The notes: generated from the sequence alone by a model not told the origin. A stretch of 47,208 bases of DNA from Candidatus Polarisedimenticolaceae bacterium (GCA_041568335.1 JBFFZZ010000001.1:1-47208), one strand, 5' to 3'. Positions 8,516-18,629 are shown, counted from the first letter of the stretch. Made by a program: numbers and translations.

Positions 8516-9070
8516 CTAATAGATCGCCGCCTCGAAGACCGCCGGGCTGTCCACGCTGGGCTCCACGCCCGGCGACTCCAGCGTGATCACGAAGGTGCCG
8601 GTGCGCTCCGGGCGTAGCTGGATCGAGGCTTCTCCCGACCCACCGATGAGATCGATCATGGCCAGCGGATGGCGCGTGCCCTCGGCATCCTGCCACCAGC
8701 AGAACGCCAGCTTGTCCGTCTGCTTCAGACCGGTGACGTAGACCACGCCGCGTCCGGTGGCGTCGTCGTAGAGCACGCGGCCCCAGCCCGTGTCGCTCCC
8801 CGGTGTGCCCAGCGGCGTCGTGTACAGACCCGGCGCCCGGCCGGCGTTCGCGAACGGGACCATGTCGCGAAGCTTGCCCTGCAGCTTTTCGTTCTCGGCC
8901 TGGAGCCGCTGGACGTCGGCGCGCAGCTGGATCTTCTCCTTCTCGGCCGGGACCGAGACGACGAAGAACGTGAACGCGCCGAACGCGAGCGCTGCAATGG
9001 CCGGTCGCAGCCAGTAGACGGTGAACCGCTTGCGTGCGGCTTCGCCCTCGTACTTCAGTCCGGTGTCCAT
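8516..9070 (-). CDS. Single-pass membrane protein with a coiled-coil segment and a C-terminal domain resembling the anti-sigma-K RskA C-terminal domain. Function unknown.
   Basis: TM segment PAIAALAFGAFTFFVVSV, coiled-coil KEKIQLRADVQRLQAENEKLQGKL, beta-rich C-terminus. No sigma factor gene is adjacent. Confidence 0.5.
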   Translation of the reverse strand: MDTGLKYEGEAARKRFTVYWLRPAIAALAFGAFTFFVVSVPAEKEKIQLRADVQRLQAENEKLQGKLRDMVPFANAGRAPGLYTTPLGTPGSDTGWGRVLYDDATGRGVVYVTGLKQTDKLAFCWWQDAEGTRHPLAMIDLIGGSGEASIQLRPERTGTFVITLESPGVEPSVDSPAVFEAAIY

Positions 9071-9080
9071 GTGGCGCAGG

Positions 9081-9956
9081 CTAGCACGCGGGATCGACGC
9101 GTAGCACGTCGAAGATCTCGTCGAGATGACGGGTCACCACGGAGAAATGACCTTCGCCGGTGAGGTAACGGGCGCGCACACCGGGGATCCGCTGCGCCAC
9201 CCAACGAGCCATCGATACCGGAACGATGCGGTCGTCCTCTCCATGCCACAGATGCACCGCGGAGCTCAGGCCGTCGAGGTCGAGCCCCCAGTCCGCGCCG
9301 TAGATCAACCCGTCCGCCGCGGCTCCGCGTCCCCCGCGCCGGAAACCCTCGCGAAACTCACGCCCGAGGATCTCGCGGATCGCGGGGTCGGTCAGCACCG
9401 CGCGATCGGCCGGCCCGGCGTGCCGCGTCAGGTTGTCGATCGCGATGCGGAAGAGCCGTTTGAGCAACGGCCCGGCGACGGCCATGGTCGGGGGCACGAG
9501 CCATCGTGCGCGGGAGGCGAGTGTCAGGCCCAGACGGTTGTGCCACACCATGCCGTCGTGACGGCGCATGGCTGCGACGGGGCCGAGACCGCAGACGATC
9601 GCGGTGCGGCCGGTGCGATCGGGCAGGGCCAGCGCGCAGGCCAGCGCGAAAGGTGCTCCGCCCGACACACCGACGAGGTTGAAGCGCTCGCATCCGAGGC
9701 GATCCGCCGCGTGGGCGATATCCACGGGCCAGTCGGTGAGCCGTCTTCCCGGCAGCGAGTCGGACGCGCCCCAACCGGGGCGGTCGAAGGCGACCAACCG
9801 GATACCGCTGCTTGCCGCCTGCGCTTCGCCGAGCTCGACGCCGAGCCGCGAACCGGGGAAGCCGTGCGAGTAGATCACCGGTGTACCACCGGGATCGCCG
9901 ACCTCGGCTCCGGCCAGGATCCGGCCGTCGGGCAGACGGATGCGGTACTGCTTCAC
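9081..9956 (-). CDS. Alpha/beta-fold hydrolase.
   Basis: HGFPGSR oxyanion region and nucleophile elbow GVSGGA. The C-terminal acid/His region is DRIVP ... GEGHF. The GTG start overlaps the upstream stop as GTGA (9953-9956). Confidence 0.8.
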   Translation of the reverse strand: MKQYRIRLPDGRILAGAEVGDPGGTPVIYSHGFPGSRLGVELGEAQAASSGIRLVAFDRPGWGASDSLPGRRLTDWPVDIAHAADRLGCERFNLVGVSGGAPFALACALALPDRTGRTAIVCGLGPVAAMRRHDGMVWHNRLGLTLASRARWLVPPTMAVAGPLLKRLFRIAIDNLTRHAGPADRAVLTDPAIREILGREFREGFRRGGRGAAADGLIYGADWGLDLDGLSSAVHLWHGEDDRIVPVSMARWVAQRIPGVRARYLTGEGHFSVVTRHLDEIFDVLRVDPAC

Positions 9957-11089
9957 CGCGCGCCGGTCAGCTCACGGCGATGATCGGCGACGAGCAGTTC
10001 GACCATCAAGCCGTAGCTACGGATCCCCTCATCCTGTCCGAGCGACTTGAGGTAGGCGTCGTTGACCCGCAGCGCAGCGTCTCCGAGACGCGTGTCGTAG
10101 CGGCGCCAGAACTCGCGTGTCGCGTCCCAGTCGCGTTGGAGCGGCTTGCCCAGCGTGAGCATCACCGCGGCCGCGGCGTCGGGGTCGACCTGCCGCAGCG
10201 CGCCCAGCGCGTAGGCCAGCGCGCCCTGTGCCGCGGCATAGCGGTAGTCGGCGTCGGGATGGCGGCGGCAGACAGCGTAGCCGACGAAGTTGGCCTCCTC
10301 CTCGCGCGCCCAACCCAGCTGGTGCGCCGCCTCGTGGCAGGCGGCGAACAACCGGTTGTGGACCGGTTGCTCCATCCCGACGTTGGGCTCGCCGGTGTAG
10401 GGGAAGAAGACGCCGCTGATGTTGAGCCAGGGGAGCACCGGGAAGATCAGTCCCTTGGGTCCTGAGACGTCCCCGTCGCGGAGCGAGAGGTACTCGACGC
10501 CGGGGGCCCGGAACGCGGCACGGACCCGCTCGAGCGCCGCGCGATCCCCGTCCTCGGTGCGCATCACGCCGTCGTCGTCCTCCTCCAGGCGCAAGCGCAG
10601 CTCGTTGGCCTCGACGACGAGCTTTTGCGCCACGGCGCGAAGCTCCTCGTGCGTGATCCCGGTACGATCGAGGTTTTCGAGCCGGAGGAACGGTTCGCGA
10701 TAGTAGTTGAACCCCCAACCGAACATGCCCCACGCGTAGAACAGACCGGCCATGGCGAGCGAGAAGCTGGCCGCGTGCGCGGCGGCGTTGCGCAGACCGC
10801 GACGCTTGCGAGAGACGGAGCGGGTGACGGTGACCGCCTTGTAGATCAGCCAGAAGATGACACCCAGGACGAACAGCTCCATGAACGAGTAGGCCAGCCA
10901 GCCGGTGAGCGTCCCGGCGAGCTCGCGGACGATCGGGTAGATCGTGTTCGAGTAGCCGGTCTCGACCCAGCCCGGCCGGCCGCGGACGCCCATCTGGATG
11001 ACCCAGGTGGCCACGCCGAGGCCGAACAGGGTCAGACGAAACTTCCAGGGCACGCGGCGATCCTGGGGACGGGTTTCGGGGCGGCGCAT
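9953..11089 (-). CDS. DUF3810-like membrane protein with an HExxH motif (putative Zn-metallopeptidase).
   Basis: N-terminal TM helices followed by CHEAAHQLGWAREEEANFVGY, the HExxH plus downstream Glu pattern I associate with DUF3810. Confidence 0.6.
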   Translation of the reverse strand: MRRPETRPQDRRVPWKFRLTLFGLGVATWVIQMGVRGRPGWVETGYSNTIYPIVRELAGTLTGWLAYSFMELFVLGVIFWLIYKAVTVTRSVSRKRRGLRNAAAHAASFSLAMAGLFYAWGMFGWGFNYYREPFLRLENLDRTGITHEELRAVAQKLVVEANELRLRLEEDDDGVMRTEDGDRAALERVRAAFRAPGVEYLSLRDGDVSGPKGLIFPVLPWLNISGVFFPYTGEPNVGMEQPVHNRLFAACHEAAHQLGWAREEEANFVGYAVCRRHPDADYRYAAAQGALAYALGALRQVDPDAAAAVMLTLGKPLQRDWDATREFWRRYDTRLGDAALRVNDAYLKSLGQDEGIRSYGLMVELLVADHRRELTGAR

Positions 11090-11098
11090 CGCAGGAGA

Positions 11099-12124
11099 TT
11101 ATCGCCCAGGTTCGATCAGCACCTTGAGCGAATCGCCGCCTGCGGCGACGAGGCGGAAACCCTCTCCGGTACGTTCGAGCGGGAGCCGGTGGGTGATCAT
11201 CCCCAGGACATCGACTCGGGCCGCGCCGATCCGGTCGAGCGCCAGCCGCATGTCGTCCGGCGGGCCGGCGTAGGAATGCACGATCGACACACCGCGCTTC
11301 CACAGGTCGTTCACGTCGAGCGCGACGGTCTCTCCCGGCGTCAACGGGGCGAAGACGAGCAGGCTGCCCCCGTGATCGATCCACGCCAGCGCCGATTCGA
11401 GCGCGGGGCGCGCACCGGTGCAGACCAGCGCGCGATCGGCGAGGCGGCCGTCGTTGGCGTCCCGTAACCGCTCGCCGATCGGGGCGCCTGCTTCCCACGC
11501 CTCGTCGGCACCGAACCGCCGGGCCATCTCGACGCGCAACGGATGGACATCGACGGCGAAGACGCGCGCGGCGCCGCTGGCCCGGGCGGCCTGGATCTGC
11601 AGGATCCCCGAGATCCCCGCGCCGACGACCAGGACGGTGTCGCCGCTCGTGACCCCCGCCATCCGCTGCCCGCGCAGGACGCAGGCCAGCGGCTCCACGA
11701 ACGTCGCCGCATCGAACCCGACGTCGTCCGCCAGCTTGAACGTGCCGCGCTGCACGTTGATCGCGGGCAGCCGGACGAACTCGCTGAAGCCGCCGGGATC
11801 GAAGGTCGTGCGGTGCATCGATTCACAAACGTTGTGCAAACCGCGGCGACAGTAGCGGCAATCGTTGCACGGCACGTGGTGCGTGGTGACGATACGGTCC
11901 CCCACGGCGAAGTCGTCGACCTCTTCGCCGACGACCTCGACGACTCCGCTCACCTCGTGGCCAAGCACCTGCGGCGCGCGCGGCTTACGGTACCACTCCA
12001 TCACGTCGGACCCGCAGATCCCGCTCGCCTCGACGCGCATCAACAGCTCGCCGGGACCGGGCTTCGGTCTCGGGCGCTCTTCCAGCCTAATGTCGTCGTT
12101 GCTGTAGTAGACCGCGACTCGCAC
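11099..12124 (-). CDS. Zn-dependent medium-chain alcohol/polyol dehydrogenase (threonine/sorbitol dehydrogenase-like).
   Basis: Catalytic Zn ligands in SGICGSD and GHEVSGVV, structural Zn Cys cluster CNDCRYCRRGLHNVC, Rossmann motif VVGAGISG. GTG start. Confidence 0.85.
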   Translation of the reverse strand: MRVAVYYSNDDIRLEERPRPKPGPGELLMRVEASGICGSDVMEWYRKPRAPQVLGHEVSGVVEVVGEEVDDFAVGDRIVTTHHVPCNDCRYCRRGLHNVCESMHRTTFDPGGFSEFVRLPAINVQRGTFKLADDVGFDAATFVEPLACVLRGQRMAGVTSGDTVLVVGAGISGILQIQAARASGAARVFAVDVHPLRVEMARRFGADEAWEAGAPIGERLRDANDGRLADRALVCTGARPALESALAWIDHGGSLLVFAPLTPGETVALDVNDLWKRGVSIVHSYAGPPDDMRLALDRIGAARVDVLGMITHRLPLERTGEGFRLVAAGGDSLKVLIEPGR

Positions 12125-12136
12125 GGATACAGCCCA

Positions 12137-12916
12137 CTATCCCCTGGCGTCCCGGTAGATCCCGAACGCGTCATCCACGGAGGCGTCGTCCTGCACCACG
12201 GCGCGGATCGCCTGGATCATCCCGGCGGGACAATCGGACTGGAACACGTTGCGTCCCATGTCGACGCCACAGGCCCCGTCGCGCACGGCGTTGTGCGCCA
12301 GCTCGATGGCGGCGTGCTCGTCGATCTTCTTGCCCCCGGCAATGACGAGCGGGACCGGTGTGTTCCTGACGATCTCCTCGAAGCCCTCGCAGTAGTACGT
12401 CTTGACCATGTGAGCGCCGAGCTCGGCGCAGATCCGGCACGCGAGCCCCAGGTAGCGCGCATCACGCGTCATGTTCTTGCCCACCGCGGTAACGGCGAGC
12501 ACCGGGACGCCGTACTTCTCGCCGGCGTCGACCAGCTTCGCCAGGTTCAGCAGCGTCTCGCGCTCGCCCTCCTCGCCGACGAAGACGGACAGGGTGACCG
12601 CGGACGCGTTGACGCGCAGGGCGTCCTCCATGTCCACGGTGAGCCCCTCGTTGGACAGCTCGCCGAGGATCGACGTCCCGCCCGAGACACGCAGCACGAT
12701 CGGGATCGAGAAGGCCGACGGGATGCAACGACGCAGGACCCCGCGCGTCAGCATCAACGAGTCGGCATGAGGGAGCAGCGGCTCGACCGTCTTCGCCGGC
12801 TCCTCGAGGCCGCCGGTCGGCCCCAGGAAGTACCCGTGGTCGATTGCCAGCATCAGGGTGCGCCCGGTCTCCGGTTTGAAGATCCGGCACATCCGGTTTT
12901 TCATTCCCCAGTCCAT
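12137..12916 (-). CDS. DhnA/LsrF-family class I aldolase (resembles 3-hydroxy-5-phosphonooxypentane-2,4-dione thiolase).
   Basis: DWGMKNRMCRIFKPETGRTLMLAIDHGYFLGPTGGLE, VKTYY and VIAGGKK ... GVDMGRNVFQS closely resemble E. coli LsrF as I remember it. SD AGGAGAGG lies 3 nt before the ATG at 12916. Confidence 0.75.
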   Translation of the reverse strand: MDWGMKNRMCRIFKPETGRTLMLAIDHGYFLGPTGGLEEPAKTVEPLLPHADSLMLTRGVLRRCIPSAFSIPIVLRVSGGTSILGELSNEGLTVDMEDALRVNASAVTLSVFVGEEGERETLLNLAKLVDAGEKYGVPVLAVTAVGKNMTRDARYLGLACRICAELGAHMVKTYYCEGFEEIVRNTPVPLVIAGGKKIDEHAAIELAHNAVRDGACGVDMGRNVFQSDCPAGMIQAIRAVVQDDASVDDAFGIYRDARG

Positions 12917-12959
12917 CGTCCTCTCCTGTCGGGGTCAGGTCTTGAATCTTGCGTCGACT

Positions 12960-15905
12960 CTACCAGGGCATCGACCAGGACGTCCCGAGTCCCGGCCCGT
13001 AGAGGATCGCGTTCGTCAGCAGCCGCCGCGTCCCCACGGTCCATCCGCGGAACTCCGGGTCGTTGGGGAACAGCACGACCTGTCCCCGGCCGACCGCCTC
13101 GCGTGTGACGTAGGCCGTTTCCGCGACGCGCCCGGCCGTTTCGGGCCACAGCAACCCGCCGAGGTGCAGCCGGTCGAGCTTGGCGAAACGTGCCGGAACC
13201 TGAACGGGGGGCGCCGCGACCAGCACGCTACGCGCGCCGGCGAGCACGGGCAGCTCTTGCGGAAGACCCCAGGCCAGCCACAGCTCCGGGTCCAGTTCGA
13301 CGCGCAGGTGCGCCTGTCTCGCGGCGAACGAGCGCAGGCGCCGATCCGCCGCCGCCAGCGTCTCGTCGTCGGCCTTGCTCTTCCCGGGCGGGAGCAGCGG
13401 CTTGACCCATTCGCCGAGATCCACCGGAGAGCTTTCGACCGGGGCGCCCTGGTCGTGCCCGTCGGCGAACGGAACCGCGCCCGCGCCGAGCAGCGGCGCG
13501 ACGTCGTAGGGCGAGCCGAGCCTGACCTCCTCCTTCTTGCCGTCCTCGTCGTCGTCGCCGTTGTCCTTCCACGGCTTGGGCGCGCGCATGCCGGTGGCGT
13601 GGAACAGCCCGGCCTCGAGGACGGTCTCGGCCGAGGGACCGTGGACGACCGGTGGATGCTCGTCGAGCGCCTCGCGGCGCAGCCGCGCCTGCGTGATCTT
13701 GCGCTCTTTCGAAGCGAGGAAGTCGGCACCGCCACCGATGCCGATCGCCGTCCCGCCGTTCTCGATCCAGGCCTTGATGCGTTGGGTGCCCGCGGAGCCG
13801 AGCGCGCTGTAGTTGCCGGGCGGGAAGACCAGCACGTTGTAGCGGCGCAGGTCGGTGAACCGGGCCCGCGAGACGTCAATTCCGGAAAAACGCAGCTCGA
13901 CGATCTCGTCGAGCAGGTGCCAGATCGCGCCGTACTGCGACGACGAGATACCCGGTCCGGTCCAGACGCCGACACGGGGCGCGATCAGCGTCGGGAAGTA
14001 ACGGCCGCCGAGATCGGGTCCCCGTTCGGCGAGCCCCGTCGGCGTCGCTTCGACGCGCACCTTCCAGCGATCCGCGACCTCGGCGAGGAGGACGTTCAGG
14101 TTTTCGGGGTTGCCCTCGGCGCGAATCAGCAGCGCGCCGCGATCGTACTCGTTTCCGCCGACGCGGAACGGCTTGCGCGCGACGCGGACGCGGATATCTC
14201 GCTGCAACAGATCGGCAAGCGCCCCGACGGAGCGATCGGTCGTGCCGCGGACGATCCAACCGACGGGGGTGTCGCCGCCGACCACCTCGCCGACCGGTTC
14301 GTCCGGTTCGACCGAACCGTCGAATCCCTGGAACTGCCGGCTCGTCGTCCAGTAGGCCTCGACCCCCAGGTTGAGCGGTAGGGACCACGCGGTCGTCTCG
14401 TAGAGTCGCGAGCCCTCGCCGCGCTCGATCGACCTCCGCTCCTCGCGGAAGTATTCCGCGTTCATCGGCACGTGCGGGTCGAGCAACTCGCGGACCAACC
14501 GGCCCGCCGGCTGCGTCGCCGGTACGAGCCAGGTGGCGGCGGGAAGGCTCGCGTTGCTCACGCTCGCGCCCGTCCGTCCGTCACGCAGGTTGTCGAGGCG
14601 GATCCGATCGCCGGTGCGACCGTGCACCTCGATGCCCTGGCGCCGCAACAGTCGCACCAGATCACGGGTTCTTTCCGGGTAGTTGCCCTCGGGCAGAACC
14701 CAGGCGGTCAGACCACCGTCGTCGCCCTCGACCATTTTGCGTCGTTCGGCGACGAAGTCCGCGAGGATCGCGCCGCGATGCTTCGACAACGACTCGATGT
14801 TGGCGATCGAGCTCAACACGTGGTGCTCGGTCGCTTCTGCGTAGGTGCGCAGATCGCCGCTCTGCTTTCGGACGACGGTTCCCGTCGTCCTCGACATCTC
14901 GTAGAGGATCCCCAGTGCGCCGCGATACGCCGCCCACGACGAGCCGTAACCCGGGAAAAACTCCTCGTTCCACTCACGCGTGTAGTAGGGGTAACCCCGT
15001 TGGTCCAACGCATGGGCCTGATCTTCCGCGAACTGCGCCCACCACTTGCGGTGGCTCGGCGGCAAGTGCGGGTTGAAGGGATGCCTCGGGGGCGCGAACA
15101 GGTAGGTGTCGTCGCTGCCCATCTCGTGGCTGTCGACCATCAGCTGCGGTTCCCACTGCGCGATGACCGCGCTACGGGTGGATTCGGGGTGCACCATGCT
15201 GAACCAGTCGCGGTTGAGGTCGAACAGGTAATGGTTGCCGCGACCCCAGGGCCAGATCGCCGTGTGCGACAGGTCGTCCTGGTCGGGATTGGGGACGCGG
15301 TGCGCGAACGCGCGCGTCTGCGCCAGGTAGCGGTCGCGCCCGTCGGGGTTCTCGACGGGGTCGATGATGACCAGCAGGTTTTGACGCAGCTTCCTGGCGC
15401 GATCGTCTTCACCGGCGACGAGCCAGTAGGCGACCGCCGCCGCGGCATCGACGCTGCTCAGCTCGTCGCCGTGGATCCCGTAGGCGATCCACCCCACCGC
15501 CTTCGCGCCGTCGAGCGCCTGCGTGTCCCCGCGTGCGTCGCGGCCACGCGGATCGACGCGTGCGATGTGGGCCTTGCGAAAACCATCGAGGTCCGCGATC
15601 GTCGCCTCATCGCTGACGGAGAACGTGACCAGCTTGCGGCCCTCGTGGCTGTGCGCGTAGGTACGCATCTCGGCGCGGGGCGAGGACGCGGCCAGCTCCT
15701 CGAGGTAGCGCATCGTCTCGTCGTGCGTCAGCGGACGTGCACCCGGATCGAAACCGACGACTTCCTTCTGGGTCGGGATGGCCGGGTCGAACATCGCCCA
15801 CGGAAACAAGCGCTCGGGGGCGAAGCCCTCCATTTCCACGTTGGCCGCAGCCGGCGCGCACAGGCACAAGCCGAGACACACGAGGCCGAGGTATCGTCGC
15901 AGCAT
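12960..15905 (-). CDS. Secreted M14-family zinc carboxypeptidase-like protein with a large C-terminal extension.
   Basis: Signal peptide MLRRYLGLVCLGLCLCAPAAA. Zn-binding HxxE in YGIHGDELSS, with a later DSHEMG block. 981 aa in total. Confidence 0.75.
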   Translation of the reverse strand: MLRRYLGLVCLGLCLCAPAAANVEMEGFAPERLFPWAMFDPAIPTQKEVVGFDPGARPLTHDETMRYLEELAASSPRAEMRTYAHSHEGRKLVTFSVSDEATIADLDGFRKAHIARVDPRGRDARGDTQALDGAKAVGWIAYGIHGDELSSVDAAAAVAYWLVAGEDDRARKLRQNLLVIIDPVENPDGRDRYLAQTRAFAHRVPNPDQDDLSHTAIWPWGRGNHYLFDLNRDWFSMVHPESTRSAVIAQWEPQLMVDSHEMGSDDTYLFAPPRHPFNPHLPPSHRKWWAQFAEDQAHALDQRGYPYYTREWNEEFFPGYGSSWAAYRGALGILYEMSRTTGTVVRKQSGDLRTYAEATEHHVLSSIANIESLSKHRGAILADFVAERRKMVEGDDGGLTAWVLPEGNYPERTRDLVRLLRRQGIEVHGRTGDRIRLDNLRDGRTGASVSNASLPAATWLVPATQPAGRLVRELLDPHVPMNAEYFREERRSIERGEGSRLYETTAWSLPLNLGVEAYWTTSRQFQGFDGSVEPDEPVGEVVGGDTPVGWIVRGTTDRSVGALADLLQRDIRVRVARKPFRVGGNEYDRGALLIRAEGNPENLNVLLAEVADRWKVRVEATPTGLAERGPDLGGRYFPTLIAPRVGVWTGPGISSSQYGAIWHLLDEIVELRFSGIDVSRARFTDLRRYNVLVFPPGNYSALGSAGTQRIKAWIENGGTAIGIGGGADFLASKERKITQARLRREALDEHPPVVHGPSAETVLEAGLFHATGMRAPKPWKDNGDDDEDGKKEEVRLGSPYDVAPLLGAGAVPFADGHDQGAPVESSPVDLGEWVKPLLPPGKSKADDETLAAADRRLRSFAARQAHLRVELDPELWLAWGLPQELPVLAGARSVLVAAPPVQVPARFAKLDRLHLGGLLWPETAGRVAETAYVTREAVGRGQVVLFPNDPEFRGWTVGTRRLLTNAILYGPGLGTSWSMPW

Positions 15906-15972
15906 GTCTGGACTCCCGTTGAGAATGACCGGGAGATTCTAACTCCGGTTGACGGGAGGCCGAGCCGAATTT

Positions 15973-17409
15973 TTAGCTCGTCGCCGCCGGCTCCGGGGGC
16001 GCGCGGAAGCCCTCGCGGTCCATCTCGCCCCAGCCGCGGCGGCGGCGTACGACGTCCCAGAGCGCTTTCAGCTTGAACAGCGCCAGCATCTGGCGGTAGC
16101 CGAAGTTCTCGAGGATACCGAAGACGATCAGCTTCGAGAGATCGATCCAGCCGGGGTAACGCCGGAAGGAGATCTCCTCGAGCAGCACGGCCGCGATCGA
16201 CAGGAACACCCCGTAGAGCACCGCGATGGCGAAGAACAGCAGGAAGAACTGCAGGTTGAGGATGCCCAACAGGAACGAGACGATGATCGCGAGGTAGCCC
16301 AGCACCTCGATCAGCGGGCCGATCATCTCGAAGAAGAACGCGTGCGGGAACGCGATCGTCCCGAGCGTCCCGTAGCGCGGGTTGCAGAGGATCTTCTTGT
16401 GCGCCCACAGCGACTGCGCGAGGCCGCGGTGCCAGCGCGCGCGCTGGCGGCGGAGCACCTTCAGTTTCTCGGGCACCTCGGTCCAGCACACCGGATCGGG
16501 CACGAACACGACCCGATACTTGCGTTTGTTCTCGCGCATGTGGCGGTGCAGCCGCACCACCAGGTCGAGATCCTCGGTGTCGGTGTCCAGCCCGTAGCCC
16601 CCGACCTCGATCACTTCCTTCTTGCGATAGACGCCGAAGGCGCCGGAGATGATCAGCAGGCTCTTCAACACGCTCCAACCGACGCGGCCCGACAGAAACG
16701 CTCGCAGGTATTCGATCACCTGGAAGACCGGCAGCGGCCTGTCGGGCAGCTCGATCTGCACGACGCGGCCCTCGCGGACCTGGCAGCCGTTGACGATGCG
16801 CACGATCCCGCCCGCGGCGATCGTCTCGTCGGGGTGTTCCATGAACGGCTTGACGACGCGCAACAGCGCGTTGTCTTCGATGACCGAATCGGCGTCGATC
16901 GAGCAGAACAGCGGGTACCGCGACACGTTGATGCCGGCGTTGAGAGCGTCCGGCTTGCCGCCCTGTTCCTTGTCGACGACGGTGATGTTGAGGTCCAGCG
17001 AGCCGTAGATCCCGCGGACCGTTCGGGTCGAGATCTCGCGTTTGTAGACCTTGTCGAGCCGGCTCAGATCGAACGCCTCTATGAGGCGTTTCAACGTCTC
17101 GTCTGTCGAGCCGTCGTTGATCACGATGATCTCGAACTCGGAGTAGTTGACCATCCTCAGCGAGCGGACGGTCTCGACGATCGTCTTCTGCTCGTTGTGC
17201 GCGGCCACCAGGATCGAGATCGGCCAGGTCATCTCGGATTGCATGATCTGCCGGTAGTCGGAAAAGAACGTCCGGCGGGTAAAGCGGAATATCCCGCGTA
17301 GCGACAGCAGGAACAACACCAGGTAACTCGTGTTGAGCAGCAGGAAATAGACCAGCACGAAGGCGTTGAAGCCGACGATCAGCGTGGTCACGATGGCGGC
17401 CCAGTTCAT
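15973..17409 (-). CDS. Membrane-embedded processive family-2 glycosyltransferase (PgaC/IcaA/cellulose-synthase-like polysaccharide synthase).
   Basis: N- and C-terminal TM helices flank a GT2 core: ILVAAHNE, INDGSTD, CSIDADS, TEDLDL (TED motif) and RRQRARWHRG (QxxRW). There is a 1-nt TGATG overlap with the upstream gene. Confidence 0.85.
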   Translation of the reverse strand: MNWAAIVTTLIVGFNAFVLVYFLLLNTSYLVLFLLSLRGIFRFTRRTFFSDYRQIMQSEMTWPISILVAAHNEQKTIVETVRSLRMVNYSEFEIIVINDGSTDETLKRLIEAFDLSRLDKVYKREISTRTVRGIYGSLDLNITVVDKEQGGKPDALNAGINVSRYPLFCSIDADSVIEDNALLRVVKPFMEHPDETIAAGGIVRIVNGCQVREGRVVQIELPDRPLPVFQVIEYLRAFLSGRVGWSVLKSLLIISGAFGVYRKKEVIEVGGYGLDTDTEDLDLVVRLHRHMRENKRKYRVVFVPDPVCWTEVPEKLKVLRRQRARWHRGLAQSLWAHKKILCNPRYGTLGTIAFPHAFFFEMIGPLIEVLGYLAIIVSFLLGILNLQFFLLFFAIAVLYGVFLSIAAVLLEEISFRRYPGWIDLSKLIVFGILENFGYRQMLALFKLKALWDVVRRRRGWGEMDREGFRAPPEPAATS

Positions 17410-18629
17410 CAGGCGGCCTCCTTGGGAAGCAGGGAGAGCAGCTCGCGGCGCACCTCGTCGACGGGGTGCTCACGGGACAGCACGCGGATGCGGCCCGTCA
17501 CGCCCGCGGCGACGACACGCCTGAAAAACGTCCGTGCGGCTTCGCGCGCGGCGGTGTCTTCCCCGACGAGGTCTCCGGCACGCTCGTCGACGCGACCGGC
17601 TTCCTCGAGCATCAACACCGCCTGCTCGCGGGCGAAGGCGTCGTGATCGGCAACCATCTCCTCGAGCGCCTCGAGCCCGCGCCTGCCGATCGTGCGCAGC
17701 GCCCGCGCGGCGTTGTGGCGTACCCACCATTGCCGGTCGCGCAACGCGGACGCGAGCTGCGGAACGGCGTCGACCATGAGCATGCGTCCGAGCGCCTTGG
17801 CGGCCATCGCGCGTACCGGCCAATCCGGATCGGCGAGAGCTTTGACCAGGTGCCCGGTCACGTGCGGATCGCCGATGGCGCCCAGCGCATGACAGGCGCG
17901 CGCCCGGATGTCGGTCGATGCGTCGTTCGCCTTTTCCTGGAGCCACGGGGTCGCGGACAACGGACGGACACGGCCGACGATGTCGATGACCGCCAGCTTG
18001 CCGTCAGCGCTCAGCTCGTCAAACGCCTCGATCACGGCGTGGATCGATTCATGCCCCATACCGATCAGGATGTCGGCCACACGAATGGTCGACCAACGGT
18101 TCGGCTCGTTGAGCGCCCGCACCAGCTTGCGCGCCGAGGCGACGCCTCCGAGCTGACCGAGCGCCTTGGCCGCTCGCAGGCGTACCTCCGGCATCTCGTC
18201 GTCGAGGGCTTGTGACAAAGGTTGGATGGCCCGTTTGCTGCCGGCCAGACCGAGCTTTTCCGCCGACTCGGCGCGCCGCCACCAGCGGCGGCTTTCCAGC
18301 CCCTCCAGGTAGACGTCGACGAAACCGAGCTGCTCCATGGCCCCTGCCATGCGGTCGCGCTCGATCCCGCGGACGCGCTGGATATGGTCGAGCAGGATCT
18401 GCTCGATGACGATACGGTCCGGCGCCGACGGGTCACCGTCCAGCACGCGGCGAATGGACTTCTCGTCGCCGTGCGCCCAGCGGAGCATCGTGGGCTCGAG
18501 CTCCCGGCGGCGGCGGGCTCGTCTGGCGACCTGGGTTTCACGCCAGGCCTTGTTGGCGACGATCAGGATCGTCAGCGTCACGAAGACGCCGCTGATCGAG
18601 AGAATCGCCCAGACGAGGATCTGTTGCAT
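17409..18629 (-). CDS. Membrane-anchored HEAT-repeat (PBS-lyase-type) protein.
   Basis: N-terminal TM ILVWAILSISGVFVTLTILIVA. Then about 8 repeats of the type EVRLRAAKALGQLG, DIRARACHALGAIG, WPVRAMAAKALGRM, WWVRHNAARALRTIG. It has 1-nt overlaps with both neighbours. Confidence 0.75.
   Translation of the reverse strand: MQQILVWAILSISGVFVTLTILIVANKAWRETQVARRARRRRELEPTMLRWAHGDEKSIRRVLDGDPSAPDRIVIEQILLDHIQRVRGIERDRMAGAMEQLGFVDVYLEGLESRRWWRRAESAEKLGLAGSKRAIQPLSQALDDEMPEVRLRAAKALGQLGGVASARKLVRALNEPNRWSTIRVADILIGMGHESIHAVIEAFDELSADGKLAVIDIVGRVRPLSATPWLQEKANDASTDIRARACHALGAIGDPHVTGHLVKALADPDWPVRAMAAKALGRMLMVDAVPQLASALRDRQWWVRHNAARALRTIGRRGLEALEEMVADHDAFAREQAVLMLEEAGRVDERAGDLVGEDTAAREAARTFFRRVVAAGVTGRIRVLSREHPVDEVRRELLSLLPKEAA

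Noticed and set aside
15906-15972. Two CTCCCG/CGGGAG-type hairpins between the GT2 gene and the M14 gene as a terminator.
   Set aside because: The stems are only 4-6 bp with long loops, and no U-tract follows on the minus-strand transcript. Co-transcription cannot be excluded either way.
10029-17473. Alternative-frame or antisense ORFs 10029..11498 (489 aa), 11543..13108 (521 aa), 12858..14381 (507 aa), 13016..13975, 14472..16076 (534 aa), 15728..17473 (581 aa) and 15949..17301 (450 aa).
   Set aside because: All overlap genes with clear catalytic motifs (DUF3810-like, ADH, LsrF-like, M14, GT2). All show extreme Arg/Pro/Gly/Ala content with no recognisable domain.
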